DNA of 64,000 bases from Octopus sinensis (GCF_006345805.1 NW_021835965.1:30489-94488), one strand, 5' to 3'. Positions 39,120-52,634 are shown, counted from the first letter of the stretch. Made by a program: numbers and translations. The notes: generated from the letters alone by a model not told the origin.

Positions 39120-39272
39120 ACTCTCGGAGTGGTTGGCGTTAGGAAGGGCATCCAGCTGTAGAAACTCTGCCAGATCAGATTGGAGGCTGGTGCAGCCATC
39201 TGGTTCGCCAGTCCTCAGTCAAATCGTCGAACCCATGTTAGCATGGAAAGCGGACGTTAAATGATGATGATG
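39120..39272 (+). mobile_element. Retroposon 3' end with (GAT)n tail
   Basis: gagtggttggcgttaggaagggcatccagctgtag...gcatggaaagcggacgttaaatgatgatgatgatg. SINE versus LINE 3'UTR is undetermined. Confidence 0.55.
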
Positions 39273-39312
39273 ATGTACACAATATAGATAGGTATAGAGA
39301 GATAGAGGTTGG

Positions 39313-39397
<85 letters not shown>

Positions 39398-39398
<1 letters not shown>

Positions 39399-40599
39399 TG
39401 TTTCTTTATTAGCCACACAGGGCTGCACACAGACAGAATAAATTACAAGGTAGAGCTTTTCTTTTGGGGGTAAAAAAAGGGGGTTGGTTTTCGATCAAAA
39501 GGGATCGTAAAAGGAAAGAAAGAGGACAAAAAAAGGGGAGGATTTTAAAAAAAAGGGGGGAGAGCGAAGAAAAAGAAAAGGGGAGAGGAAAAAAAGTTGA
39601 TCAATAGGGATCGTAATCACAGAAATGTCAATATGAAGTGTAAAGGGTAGGACAGGTGAGGTTTACCCGTGGAAGGAAAAGCCTACGGAAAAGACCACGG
39701 TAACCTCGGTCAATGAAGTCACATGTTATATTTCTTTTTTTTTTGCAAATAAGCAACTCTCTGTATTAATTTTTACGGTTCATAGAATCATAGTCAAGGT
39801 GGCTTCGTCATTCATACGCGCCGTCCTTGCTACATTCACCCATCTAAACAAAACTTGCCTCTCTACTAGACAAAACTTGCCTCTCTACTCTCACTTTCCT
39901 CTTCAAGTGATACTTGAAGAAGTTGATGAGAGATTGACCAGAGAGGAAAGTGTTTGTCTCTAATCCTTTCAGGCGCGTCCACCAGATACATTCTTTCGCC
40001 ATAGCCACAAGTATGATGAAAATAGCTCTTCCTTCCCGTTTGAAGGAAGGAGGCGTGACGATATTAACGATAGACTCGGCTGATAAACCGACACGTCCCA
40101 CACGTGACAGCAGTCGTTCGACGTAAGCCCACAGGTCGGAAATTGCTGGACACTGCACGATTGCGTGCAGAGCGGTTTCGTCGCTCTGCCCGCATCTCGG
40201 GCAGGTCGGCCCCGTGTTTCTCGAGCCATGCCTATAGAGCTTATCCCGAACAGGTAGCGCTTCTCGGTAGCACCGCCAGGCCAGGGATCTCTGGAAGTTG
40301 TCCATAGGTCCCGGGCCGAAAGTCGTTTGAAACAGGCGGGTCAGGTATTCCTCGTCGACGCCCAGGTTTGCCCCGGAATCGTCGTCGTACCTCCCCTCCA
40401 CTAATCCCCTATAGAATGCTTTGGTTGTGTTGAAGTCACTCAAGGTCGACCCGGGACGGCAGAGTTGCTTGAGAGCAACGCGACACTCGCGGTGCCATTC
40501 GCCCTTCCTCGACCTCTTTTTTATCCACGACTGCAGTTCGGTCATGGAGACGAGTTGCGGGAATGCGTGCCTCACAAACGGCGACCACACCTGTTCACC
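39398..40599 (-). mobile_element. Tx1/L1-like LINE, 5'-truncated 1.2 kb (ORF2 C-terminus plus 3'UTR), inside (GATA)n
   Basis: The open 248-aa frame 39844-40590 contains SLAWRCYREALPVRDKL..CPRCGQSDETALHAIVQCP..LW (RT-associated zinc-binding CCHC region). AATAAA lies just before the 3' junction. GATA arrays flank both sides. Confidence 0.88.
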
Positions 40600-40870
<271 letters not shown>

Positions 40871-41483
40871 GGTAGATTGATAGATAGATAGAGAGAGAGA
40901 GAGAGACAGAGAGAGACAGAGAGAGAAAGAGAGAGAGTGACAGACAGACAAAGAGATAAATTGATATACAAATTGATAGTTAGGTAGAGAGAGAGAGAGA
41001 TAGACAGATAGACGATGATGATGATGATCATCATGGTGGTTGTGATAATGATGATGATGATGATGATGATGATGCAGAGGAGGTTTAGGATATAGACGAT
41101 GGCGGTGGAAGTGGTGATAATGATGTTGATGAGGGTGCGGAGGAGGAGGAGGAGGAGGGGGAGGAGGAGGAGGGGGAGGAGGAGAGGGGGAGGAGGGGGC
41201 TTTATTGATGACGCCGATTCTTATCAAGCATCATCGTGGTCGTCGTCATCGTCGACGTCAGCAGCATTTCATGATCAAGGTCAACAACAATCGCCTTCAG
41301 TTCTGTACGCGTAATTGTCGTATATCGTCCATGTACATTGCTCTTTGCCGAAGCAGCTGTTTTAGGAGCATCGCTCACTCCCACACACACCAACTCTAAA
41401 GTCTCTTGTCACCCACACACCAAGTGGCCATGAAAATTCGTTCGACTTCACCTACCTACCTACCTACCTACCTACCTACCTAC

Positions 41484-41627
<144 letters not shown>

Positions 41628-41861
41628 ATACACCCACGCATACAAATAAAATGACAGACACACACACATATATGTGTGTGTATAAATTATTATCTTCCTC
41701 TCGTCACTTATGCAGCCGTATTCATGCAAAACCGCCCTTGAAAAGACTATTTCCAAGAAGTGTCCATGGCATCCTCGTTTATCTATGCCTGCCTTTTTGT
41801 CTGTCTGTCTGACAGCCTGTCAGAGTCTGTTTGTCTGCCTGTCTACTATCGCTGTATTTAC

Positions 41862-41898
<37 letters not shown>

Positions 41899-41921
41899 TA
41901 ACTATATGTATATATATATAA

Positions 41922-41964
<43 letters not shown>

Positions 41965-42476
41965 ATCTATATATATAGATCTGTCTGGTCTATCTATCTA
42001 TCTATCTATCTATCAATATATCTATCTATCTATCTATCTATCAATATATCTGTTTGTCTATCAATCTAGGTAGCTATCAACATCTCTGTCTGTCGGCCTG
42101 CCTGTCTATTTGTCTGTCTGTCTACCTATCTGTCTATCTATATATTTATCTATCTATCTGTGTGTGTGCGTGTGTGTGAGTGTGTGTATGTGTGTGTGAG
42201 TGTGTGTGTGTGTGTGTTTGCCTGTGTGTGTGTCTTTACATAATAATTTATCTATGTGTGGCTAATGTTTCGTCAACTGGTGTTTTTAACATATGAAACA
42301 CCTACAAAACTCACATAAACACGGGTGGTAGTATTTAGTGTTGCCTCAGAAGCTGCTGTAGACTGTGGTGGTTGTCTGATGAATACTTATTCGAGTAGTC
42401 TTGTCTCAGAAGAGACCGAGGGTGATTGGATGATTGTAATCTTGGTGAAGTGGGAGGTGATTCTCTCCCTACGTTA

Positions 42477-42489
42477 GCGGTGGTGGTGG

Positions 42490-42520
<31 letters not shown>

Positions 42521-43250
42521 GGTGCTGGTGGTGCTGGTGGTGGTGGTGGTGTTGGTGATGCTGGTGGTAGTAGTGGTGATAGTGGTTGTGGTGGTGGTGG
42601 TGGCATCGGCGGTGTCGTCGGCGGTGGCGTCGGCGGTGGCGTCGGCGGTGGCGTCGGCGGTGGCGTCGGCGGTGGCGTCGGCGGTGGCGTCGGCGGTGGC
42701 GTCGGCGGTGGCGTCGGCGGTGGCGTCGGCGGTGGCGTCGGCGGTGGCGTCGGCGGTGGCGTCGGCTGTGGAGGTGATGGTGGTGGTCGTCGTCGTGTAG
42801 ATGGTCGTGATGGTGGTGGTGGTGGTGGTGATGGCGGCGGCGTTGCGTTGGTGGATCTGATAGTGTGGGGGTAATGAGTGGGATGTGGTGGCTTTGGTGG
42901 TGGTTGTGGTGGTGGACATTTGACTGTTGCCGGTTGTGATGTTTGCAGAGGTGTATGGCGTCTTGGTAGTGGCGGGTAGGGTCGGGTGGTGGCGGCAATG
43001 GTGGTGGTGGTGGTGGTAGCGGCGGCGCTCTTCGTGATCTTGGTAGTTGTGCTCATGGTTCTAGTGATGCTGATGGTGCTGATGGTGCTGGTGGTGGAGG
43101 TGGCTTTGATGGTAGTGTTGGTGGTGGTGGTGGTGGTGGTGGTGGTGGTGGTGGTACTGGTGCTGGTGCTGGTGCTGCTGGTGCTGCTGCTGCTGATTGC
43201 TGTTGTTGATGTCGATGATGGTAACGATAATAATAATAATAATAATAATA

Positions 43251-43284
<34 letters not shown>

Positions 43285-43290
43285 CCTTTC
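42477..43290. repeat. GC-rich trinucleotide mosaic including a 12-bp minisatellite (GGCGGTGGCGTC)x12 at 42620-42763
   Basis: GGT/GCT/GAT runs, a perfect 12-mer array, and a terminal (AAT)n. Confidence 0.93.
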
Positions 43291-44684
43291 TACTTTAGGC
43301 TCAAGGTCTGAAATTTGGGAGTAGGGGGCTACTTAATTAAATTGACCCAAGTACATGACTGGTAATCACTTTATCGACCCCGAAAAAGGTGCAAGGCAAA
43401 ATCGACCTCGGCGGAATTGGAACTTAGAACGTACAGACGGACGAAGTACCGCTAAGCATTTTACCCAGCAAGCTAACGTTTCTGCTAGCTCCCCGCCTTG
43501 AATGACAATAATAATAATAATAATAATAATAGTCCTTTCTATTAAAGGCACAAAGTCTAATATTTTAGGGGAGGGTGCTAGTCGATTACTGGTACTTAAT
43601 TTATCGACGCCCGAAAGGATCAAAGGCAAAGTCGACCTTGGCGGAATTCGAACTCACAAGGTAAAGGCGGGCGAAACGTTGCTAGACATTTGGCCCGGCG
43701 TGTTAACGACGATGCCAGCTTGCCACTTAAGTGCTAATCCTTTCTGCTATTGATACAAGGCTAGTAATTCAGGGGAGGAAGCTAATCGATTATATCGACT
43801 CTAGTACTCAACTGGTACATTTTTTATCGAGCCCGAAAGGATGGAGTGCAAAGTCGACCTCATTGGAATTTGAACTCAAAACGTGAAGATGGACGTAGGG
43901 CCGGTATGTATTTTACCCGGTGTGCAAACCACTCTGCCAGCTCGCCACCTGGTAATAAAAACAATCCATTCTATTGTTGGTACAACACCAGAAATTGGGG
44001 GAAAGGGATTACATCGACCCCAGTGCATAACTGGTACTTATTTAATCGACCTCAAAAGGACGAATTTGAACTCAGAACGTAACGGCAGATGAAATACCTA
44101 TTTCTTTACTGCCCACAAGGGGCTAAACACAGAGGGGACAAACAAGGACAGACAAACGGATTAAGTCGATTATATCGATCCCAGTGCGTAACTGGTACTT
44201 ATTTAATCGACCCCAAAAGGATGAAAGGCAAAGTTGACCTCGGCGGAATTTTAACTCAGAATGTAAAGACGGTCGAAATACTGCTATACATTTCGCCCAG
44301 CGTGCTAACGTTTCTGCCAACATGCCACCTAACCTTAGTGGAAATAATAATAATAACCTACTCTAGGCACAAGGCCCGGAATTTTGGGGGAGCGGGGGCA
44401 GTCGATTAGATTTACCCCCAGTACGCAACTGGTACTTAAGTTATCGACCGCGAAATGATGAAAAGCAAAGCCGACCTCGGCGGAATTTGAACTCAGAACG
44501 TAGCGGCAGATGAAATACCTATTTCTTTACTACCCACAAGGGGCTACACACAGAGAGGACAAACAAGGACAAACGAATTAAGTCGATTATATCGACCCCA
44601 GTGCGTAACTGGTACTTATTTAATCGATCCGAAAGGATGAAAGGCAAAGTCGACCTCGGCGGAATTTGAACTCAGAACGTAGCG
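43284..44684 (-). mobile_element. Cluster of at least six SINE-A copies and multimers
   Basis: Repeated atcgacc(c)cgaaaggatgaaaggcaaagtcgacctcggcggaatttgaactcagaacg, separated by (AAT)n and tail-2 segments. Confidence 0.9.
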
Positions 44685-44689
44685 ACCAC

Positions 44690-46508
44690 GACGACCACTC
44701 CCACGACGATGAGGACAATGACGATGGCGGAAATTATAAAAGTTTTTCATTTTTCCTATACAAATACACGATTTCATTTTGTTGTAGGTGTAATTCATCA
44801 CACACCTACAGCTGAGGGGGTACACAAGGTCAAAGTCAGTGATGCTGCTGCTAGTAGTAGTAGTAGTAGTGGTGGTGTTGGTAGTGGTGGTGGTGGTGGA
44901 GGTGGTGGTGGTGGTGGTGGTGGTGGTGGTGGTGGTGGTGGATATTGTAGTATTGGTGGAAATTGTGGTGATAGTGGTGCTGCTATGTTGGTGGATGCGA
45001 TGTTGGTGATGGTAGTCGTGGTGGTGTGATGATGATGATGATGCTTGTAGTGGTGATGTGATGATGATGACGACGGCGATGACAACGCCAACGATTATGC
45101 GAAGTGTTAGAAGACGAAATCGATAACGAGAAGGAGGAGAAGAAGGAGGAGGAAAGTGACGACCACGACGACGACGACCACGACGACAACGATGACGACT
45201 ACGACCACCACGACAAAGACGACAACGATGGCTACGACTGCAACGACAACGATGACCACTATGACGCTGACGACAACGACGACGACGATGACCAAGTCCA
45301 CGACGACAACGATAGCCACGACAACGATGACAACGATGGCCACGACCACGACGACACCAATGTCCATGACAATGACGACCACGATGACGATGACCGAGAC
45401 CACGACGACAACGATGCCAACGATGACCACGGCTACGACGACAACGACGACGACTACGACAACGATGACGACTACGACAACGACGACAACGATGACAACG
45501 ACGACCACGACAACGACGATGCCAACGATGATCACGATGACGATGACAACGACGACGGCTACGACAACGATGACCACGACAACGGCGACAACGATGACCA
45601 AGACAACGGCGACAACGACGACGACTACGACAACGATGGTAACGACGACCACGGCCACAACCAGGACCACGATCACGACCACGACCACGACCACGATAAC
45701 GATGACGACGACGACGACGACAATGACGAATTATAACGAAAGTTTTTAATTTTTCCTATACAAACCCACGATTTCACTTAGTTGTAGGTGTAATTCATCA
45801 CACACCTACAGCTGAGGGGGTACACAAGGTCAAAGTCAGTGCTGCTAGTAGTAGTAGTAGTAGTAGTAGTAGCAGTGTTTGTGCTGGCGTAGTAGTTGTG
45901 TAGTCGTGGTACGACAGTGTGGTTTGATGGCGATGGTGGTGTTTGGAATATAATAGTAGTCGTATGAGCGCTGATTCTGGAGACAGAAGTGGTGGTGGTA
46001 GTGGTAGTTGTGGTGGTGGTGGTGTGGTGGCGATGGTAGTGATGGCGGTGGTTTCGGCGGTGGTTGTGGTGATGTTGATATTCCTGGTGAGGCCAATTGT
46101 GCTAATGTGCTCTGTGTTTCTCTTGTTGTTGCTGTTGCTGTGGTTAGTGGTGAGTGGTGGTGGTGGTGGTGGTTGGATACTGTAGTATTGGTGAAAATTG
46201 TGGTGATAGTGGTGCTGCTATGTTGGTGGATGCGATGTTGATGATGGTGATGTTGGTGGTGGTGTGATGATGACAACGCCAACGATTATGTGAAGTGTTA
46301 GAAGACGTAATTGATAACGAGGAGGAGGAGGAGGAGGAGGAGAAGAAGGAGGAGGAAAGTGACGACCACGACGACGACGATGACGACTACGACCACCACG
46401 ACAACGACGACTCCGACACCGGCGACCACGGCCACGACGACAAAGACGACAACAATGGCCACGTACACGATGACAACGATGGCTACGACCGCAACGACAA
46501 CGATGACC

Positions 46509-46546
<38 letters not shown>

Positions 46547-46965
46547 ACGATGACAACGATGCCAACGATGACCACGGCTACAACGACAACGACGACCACG
46601 ACGACAACGATGACAACGATGACCACGGCTACGACGACAACGACGACGACTACGATGACGACTACGACAACGATGACAACGATGACCGCGACAACGGCGA
46701 GAACGATGACAACGATGACCACGATGACGATGACAACGACGACGACTACGACAACGACGGTAAGGACGACCACGATCACAACCACGACAGCGACAACGAT
46801 GACGACAACGACGTCGACGATGACCACGACGACGAGGACAATGACGATGGCGGAAATCATAAAGTTTTTAATTTCCCTATACAAAAAAACGATTACTTAG
46901 TTGTAGGTGTAATTCATCACACAAACTACATCTGAGGTGGTACACAAGTCAAAGTCAGTGCTGTA
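44690..46965. repeat. Compound ~1.0-1.1-kb tandem satellite
   Basis: The unique anchor aggtgtaattcatcacac..ggtacacaag(g)tcaaagtcagtg occurs at about 44785, 45786 and 46905, alternating with (GGT/GTA)-rich and (GAC/AAC/CAC)-rich tracts. A second anchor ccaacgattatg..gtgttagaagacg occurs at about 45088 and 46278. Confidence 0.88.
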
Positions 46966-48145
46966 GTGTAGTAGTATAGTAGTAGTAGGTAGTAGTAGTG
47001 GTAGTAGTAGTTAGTAGTAGTAGTTAGTAGTAGTGGTGGTGGAAGTAGTAGTAGTAGTAGTAGTAGTAGCAATAATATTAAGCTAAGTGCTAATAGTGGT
47101 GGTAGTGGTGATGGTAGTGGGTGGTTGAGGTGTTGGTGGTGGTGGTGGTGGTGGTGGTGGTGGTGGTGGTGGTGTGTGGTGTGGTGTGTAGTGGTATGTA
47201 GTGTGGTTAGTGGTGGTGGTGTTAGTGGTGGTGGTGGTGGTGGTGGTGGTTATGATAATTCACACAGTGGGAGTCATATATGGAAGCAATGACGGCTGCA
47301 GTGTTAAGTGTTGGTGGGAGTAAATATGGTGGTATTATATGTCTTGCGGTTGTGGTGGCGGATGCAGATGTTTCGAATGTGTTTTGATGTTGTTGTTGTT
47401 GTTGTTGTTGTTGTTACTGTTGTGATGATGTTGATATGATGGCTTCAGTGGAGGCGGTGCGGTGGTGGAGGCGGTGGTTGTGGTTGTGGTTGTGGTGGTG
47501 GTCGTGGTGGTGGTGGTAGTCGTCGTGGTGTTGGTGGTGATCGTGTGGTGGTGTGGTGGTGGTAGTGGTGGCGTCGGTGGTGGTGGTGGTGGTGGTGGTG
47601 GTGGTAGTGGTGTTGGTGTTGGTGTTGGCGGTGGTGGTGGTGGTGGTTGGTGTGGTGGTGGTCGTCGTGGTGGTGGTGGTGGTCGTCGTCGTGGTGGTAG
47701 TCGTCGTGGTGTTGGTGGTGATCGTGGTGGTGGTGGTAGTGGTGGCGTCGATAGTGGTGGTGGTGGTGGTGGTGGGGTAGTGGTGTTGGTGTTGGTGTTG
47801 GCGGTGGTGGTGTTGGCGGTGGTGGTGGTGGTGGTGGTGGTCGTCGTCGTCGTCGTCGTCGTCATCGTCAAGCTGTGTAGGTTGTGGAGTTGGCTTTGAT
47901 AATGTCATTTAATCTTGTTTGGTCATGTGATGCTAGTACTGATGTAGCTAGTGTCTTTGAGCAACTGATGATGAGGAGGAGGAGGAGGAGGAGGACGACG
48001 ACGATGATGACGAGGAGGAGGAGGATGACGACGAGGAGGCGGACGAAGAGGGCGTATCAAGATGACAACGACGGATATATCAGCAAAGTCGAAGACAGCT
48101 GCGATGGCGTCCACGACGACGACGACGACGATGATGATGATGATG

Positions 48146-48192
<47 letters not shown>

Positions 48193-48347
48193 GGTGGTGG
48201 TGGTGGTGGTGGTTAGTGGCGGCGGTGTTGATGATGATGGTGATGGTGGCGATAATGACTTCGACAAAGATGATAATCATCTTGACATAATCGCGACTAC
48301 TATGAAAAAGACGATGATGACGACGACGCTGATGACGGTAGCAGTCA

Positions 48348-48431
<84 letters not shown>

Positions 48432-48909
48432 CAGCAGCAGCAGCAGCAGTAGTCGTCCAAGAATTTGGATCTGGAGATCTCCATTTCCAGCGACTTCGAG
48501 GGCCACCTCCCAGTGGAGTCAACGAAGAGCCCTCGACTACAACAAGACGACCAAATTTTTTTTCTTTTTTCTCCATGGTCTGGGTTTTCCCGCCCCTAAG
48601 CCCTAGACCAGTGGTTTTCAACCAGGGTTCCGCCAGTACAGTCCAGGGGTTCCGCAAGAAGTTACAAAAATGCTAAAATCGACAGTAATTTTTAATTCTC
48701 CTGTGCAGATATGTGTGCATAGGACAAATTATTGCACAGGGGTTCCTCGAGCCAGTGAAATGTTTTCTTGGGGTTCCGCTCCAGCAAAAAGTTTGAAAAG
48801 CACTGCCCTAGACCATCACCTAATCACCCTTACCCGTCTTGTTGCTTAATAACAACAACAATAACAGCAGCAGCAGCAGCAGCAACAGTAGTAGTAGTAG
48901 TAGTAGCAA

Positions 48910-48945
<36 letters not shown>

Positions 48946-48949
48946 CAGC

Positions 48950-48983
<34 letters not shown>

Positions 48984-48985
48984 TA
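46966..48985. repeat. Trinucleotide microsatellite mosaic (GGT, GTA, GTT, GTC, GAT, GAC, GAG, GCA)
   Basis: Consecutive runs of related triplets. Confidence 0.92.
48609..48805. mobile_element. hAT (Buster/Charlie-type) MITE, 197 bp
   Basis: TIRs CAGTGGTTTTCAACC / reverse complement CAGTGCTTTTCAAAC. The 8-bp TSD CCCTAGAC (48601-08 and 48806-13) has a central TA. Confidence 0.9.
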
Positions 48986-49459
48986 ATGTAACTAACCCAG
49001 GAGCTTCTGAAAACAAAAGAAACTGACGCAGTTTGAAGAGCGAACCCAGTCTTCTTGTTGCCGACAAGCTACAGAATAGCATTTATATATTTGTTTGGTT
49101 GTTTGTTTGCTTATTTTATATCACAGTTGGTGAACAATAGCGTCGTTTCTGACGAATTTCAAAGAGGCCAGTCTCGAGTTCATTTCTTTTCTTTACGATG
49201 GAGAGAGAAACGAGGATGCGCCTTTCCAAATTGAAACAACACGAAGGTCAAGAAAGAGCTTCGTTTAAAGAGCAGCGTTTTTGTTGTTATTGTTGTGTTT
49301 CTTTCTTTTTTTTTTTTCGTCTTTTTACCTTTTGCTAGCTTATTATTTAATTAGCTGAGCTGCTTGACGTTGCCAACTTAAAGAAAAAGAATGAAATTTC
49401 ATCCGAAACTTGAAAGAAATTCTTCATACTTATTGTGATTAGTTATTCTAATGTTGGTT

Positions 49460-49660
49460 TCGAATTTTGACGCAAGGCCAGGAATTACAAGGAAGGGGAA
49501 AAAAACCGATTCCATCGACCCCAGTACACGACTGGTACTTAATTTATCGATCCCGGAAGGATGAAAGGCAAAGTCACCCTCGACGGAATTTGAACCCGGA
49601 ACGTAAAGACGGATGAAATACTGCTAAGCATTTTCTCCGTCATGCTAATAATGGTGCCAG
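49460..49660 (-). mobile_element. SINE-A, diverged
   Basis: Family core and head on the minus strand. Confidence 0.82.
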
Positions 49661-49975
49661 CTTGCCGCCTTATTACAGATTCTAATGTTGCTGGCATAGC
49701 AAATTCTGTGAGATCAACAACGATAATAATCTTGAAACAGAAAACGTATAAAAGCAAATTATAAGACTTCTTTATAAAACTTGATTATAAGTATTTCCCA
49801 CTGGAATATAAATGAAAGGATTTTTTAATACTTGGGCATCCAACATACAGTGGCCCACGGGAGAAGCAAGAATCCTCTAATTGTAAATAGCTTGCTAAAG
49901 TTTTTCCCTGGGATTTGTTGGTGGACATTGCAAAATTTCGTCTAATTGGAAACTGTACTCTTTTAAACTGTAGTC

Positions 49976-50158
49976 GAGCTGGCAGAATGGTTAGCACGCT
50001 AGACGAAATGCTTAGCCGTATTTCGTCTGCCGTTAATTTCTGAGTTCAAATTCCGCCGAGGTCGACTTTGCCTTTCATCCTTTCGGGGTCGATATAATCG
50101 ACTTAATCCGTTTGTCTGTCCTTGTTTGTCCCTCTGTGTTTAGCCCCTTGTGGGTAGT
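49976..50158 (+). mobile_element. SINE-A with internal deletion
   Basis: Head, B-box and core, with the segment between the two GGGGTCGAT motifs missing. Confidence 0.88.
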
Positions 50159-50229
50159 ATAAAAAAAAAATAGGTATTAATGGAATTCTTGAAGTGAATA
50201 CATTATCACCTGCTCCACATCTAGAGAGT

Positions 50230-50521
50230 TGTTTGTTTGTTTTTTTTTGTTCCTTCTCGAGCCATGCCTGGCTCATAAGGGCCGATTTCCTGGTTTCCTT
50301 GACTATAGGTTCCCCCAGGTGAGCTGCAAGATGCAGGAGGAAACAGTGAGAGAAAGTTGTGGCGAAAGAGTCAGCAGAAGTTCGCCATTACCTTCTGCCG
50401 GAGCCGCGTGGGGCTTAGGTACTTCGTTCATAAACACACAAATCGCCCGGTCTGAGATTCGAACCCGCGATCCCTCGATCGCAAGTCCGCTGCTCTAATC
50501 ACTAGGCCATGTGCCTCCACT
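50230..50521 (-). mobile_element. SINE-C-related element with alternative 3' tail and 12-bp TSD
   Basis: The tRNA-like head and centre match SINE-C. Tail ..cccttatgagccaggcatggctcgagaagg(AAAC)n. TSD CATCTAGAGAGT at 50218-29 and 50522-33. Confidence 0.88.
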
Positions 50522-50655
50522 CATCTAGAGAGTAAAGTAGCTTCTATAACATACAGTAACATTTTCTTCTCACTAAGTTTTGCTCCATTGCACAATTTTG
50601 AGGGTTCCAGTGAGTTTAAGAATGGACTGGGTAATCCATGTTTCTGATTGATAAT

Positions 50656-50694
<39 letters not shown>

Positions 50695-50705
50695 TATATA
50701 TATAT

Positions 50706-50985
50706 GTGAAGGCGCAATGGCCCAGTGGTTAGGGCAGCGGACTCGCGGTTGTAGGATCGCGGTTTCGGGCGTTGTGAGTGTTTTTTGAGCAATAACACCT
50801 AAAGCTCCACGACGCTCCGACAGGGGGTTGTGACGATCCCTGCTGAACTCTTTCGCCACAACTTTCTCTCTTTCTTCTGTTGGCCTGCTCGCTTAGCCAG
50901 CGGGGTGGCGTCATTCGAAGGCTAAAACAATGCGAACGCATTGTGACCAGCGATGTGTAGCAACATCTGATGGTCTGGTCGGTCA
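50706..50985 (+). mobile_element. SINE-C-related element with a third tail type
   Basis: Head and centre as in 58157, then ggcctgctcgcttagccagcgggg..gatggtctggtcggtcac. Confidence 0.82.
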
Positions 50986-50995
50986 CATACATACA

Positions 50996-51035
<40 letters not shown>

Positions 51036-51259
51036 TAATACTACAAAATTAGAAAATGGAGAAACATACTTAAATCAATCAAACATCAACCATCAGATGA
51101 TACCCAATCAATACTTTATTACACCATTACATAACAGTAAAGGCATTATACAAAATATATTGTAAATATAATTAGACAAGGAAATAGAAATATAAAATAT
51201 AATATATAATTATATCATATCTGAATGTCCGATTGATGTACTTGGTACAGACATGGTTG

Positions 51260-51348
<89 letters not shown>

Positions 51349-51997
51349 ATTAATAGTAATTTTTATTGACTTTTATAGGTTTATAATTTTATGAACTGAA
51401 CTGTGTGTTTTTTTATTATTTTTATATATAGGTCTGATTTAAATTTAAATGTGAGTGTGCATATTTTTTCCTGTAGGTTAGTTTTGGAACTAGTAGCCCA
51501 ATATCTAGAATAACTGTGTTTGTTAATATATATTGATATATTTTGTTTTGTTTATTTGGTATTATTGTATTAATGAGTATATATATATGTGTAGTATTAT
51601 GAGTGTCTATGCACACGTTTTTATATTTTATATTTTATATTTTTATATTTATATGTATACAAAAAATTTGTTCACACTTATAATAAATTAAATTCTCTGA
51701 AGAGGCCGTGGGGCATCCTTGTTAATGTCTCATTTATACCTGCCTTATATGGCTTATAGGTTAAATGAGGCATACTTGCCCTTACGGCCGAAACAGCTGT
51801 CAGATATGATATAATTATATATTATATTTTATATTTTATATTTCTATTTCCTTGTCTAATTATATTTACAATATATTTTGTATAATGCCTTTACTGTTAT
51901 GTAAGGGTGTAGTAATAAAGATTGATTGGGTATCATCTGATGGTTGATGTTTGATTGATTTAAGTATGTTTCTCCATTTTCTAATTTTGTAGTATTA
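51036..51997. mobile_element. PLE-like element with ~190-bp inverted repeat and hammerhead
   Basis: 51036-51224 is the near-perfect reverse complement of 51800-51997. (TA)n lies at 51000 and at about 52160-52200. Confidence 0.85.
51694..51804 (+). ncRNA. Type I hammerhead ribozyme candidate with extended stem II
   Basis: Stem I TCT/AGA; core CTGAAGA at 51697-703; stem II GGCCGT/ACGGCC extended by GGGCA/TGCCC and ATGTCTCATTTA/TAAATGAGGCAT; GAAA at 51790-93; C-AGCT(palindrome)-GTC. Predicted cleavage at 51801/51802. Confidence 0.65.
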
Positions 51998-52329
51998 ATT
52001 TACGGTAATATTTTTACCTTTGCCCACATAATACAGTAAATGAATTAATTGCATGGCAATTTTAAAACATTTTGTTAGTCTTGTTGGGTACCTCTCTAGC
52101 AGTATATTGAATATATGTTATCCCATGGTGGGTTGAATTTTCAACCCCTATCTCATTTTATATATTATATATATATATATATATATTATATTATATATAT
52201 ATAACACAAAACATGTACATGAATACATATGGAAACTAATAGAAATAAAACTAATATATGTATAGTGAAAGTACTTATGGTGAAACTATTAAAACTAAAA
52301 GTATATTCTCATTTAACAATAGAGATGTT

Positions 52330-52563
52330 ATTGTTTCACTTTTGATACGTAAAACTGAAATAGTGTAAGAGGTAACAGATTGCCCCGGTCTCGCATTAGG
52401 TAAGAAGTTGAAAATTTAGTGGGGGAGCTACGACACTGCATGGACCCTAAATAAGACGTGTTTAAAATTTGAATGAAATCGGTTAGGAAGATCTCGAGTT
52501 TTAGTGATGCACACATACAGACAGACAGACACTCACACATTCTCAGTTCTATATTTATAGATA
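52330..52563 (+). mobile_element. Helentron-associated (DINE-1/HINE-like) non-autonomous element 3' part
   Basis: aaatttgaatgaaatcggttaggaagatctcgag, then (CAGA)n, then ..tatatttatagat. This resembles the usual DINE-like end architecture. Confidence 0.5.
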
Positions 52564-52634
52564 TACACACGCACATAAATATATACATATGTGTGTGTGT
52601 GTATGTATATATATATATATATATATCATATATG

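Noticed and set aside
45104-45736. Asp/His-rich protein ending in NDEL (ER-retention-like or biomineralisation protein)
   Set aside because: The sibling units lack this ending (they read ..GACGATGGCGGAAAT..), copy 2 is frameshifted, and all frames are open because of triplet repeats.
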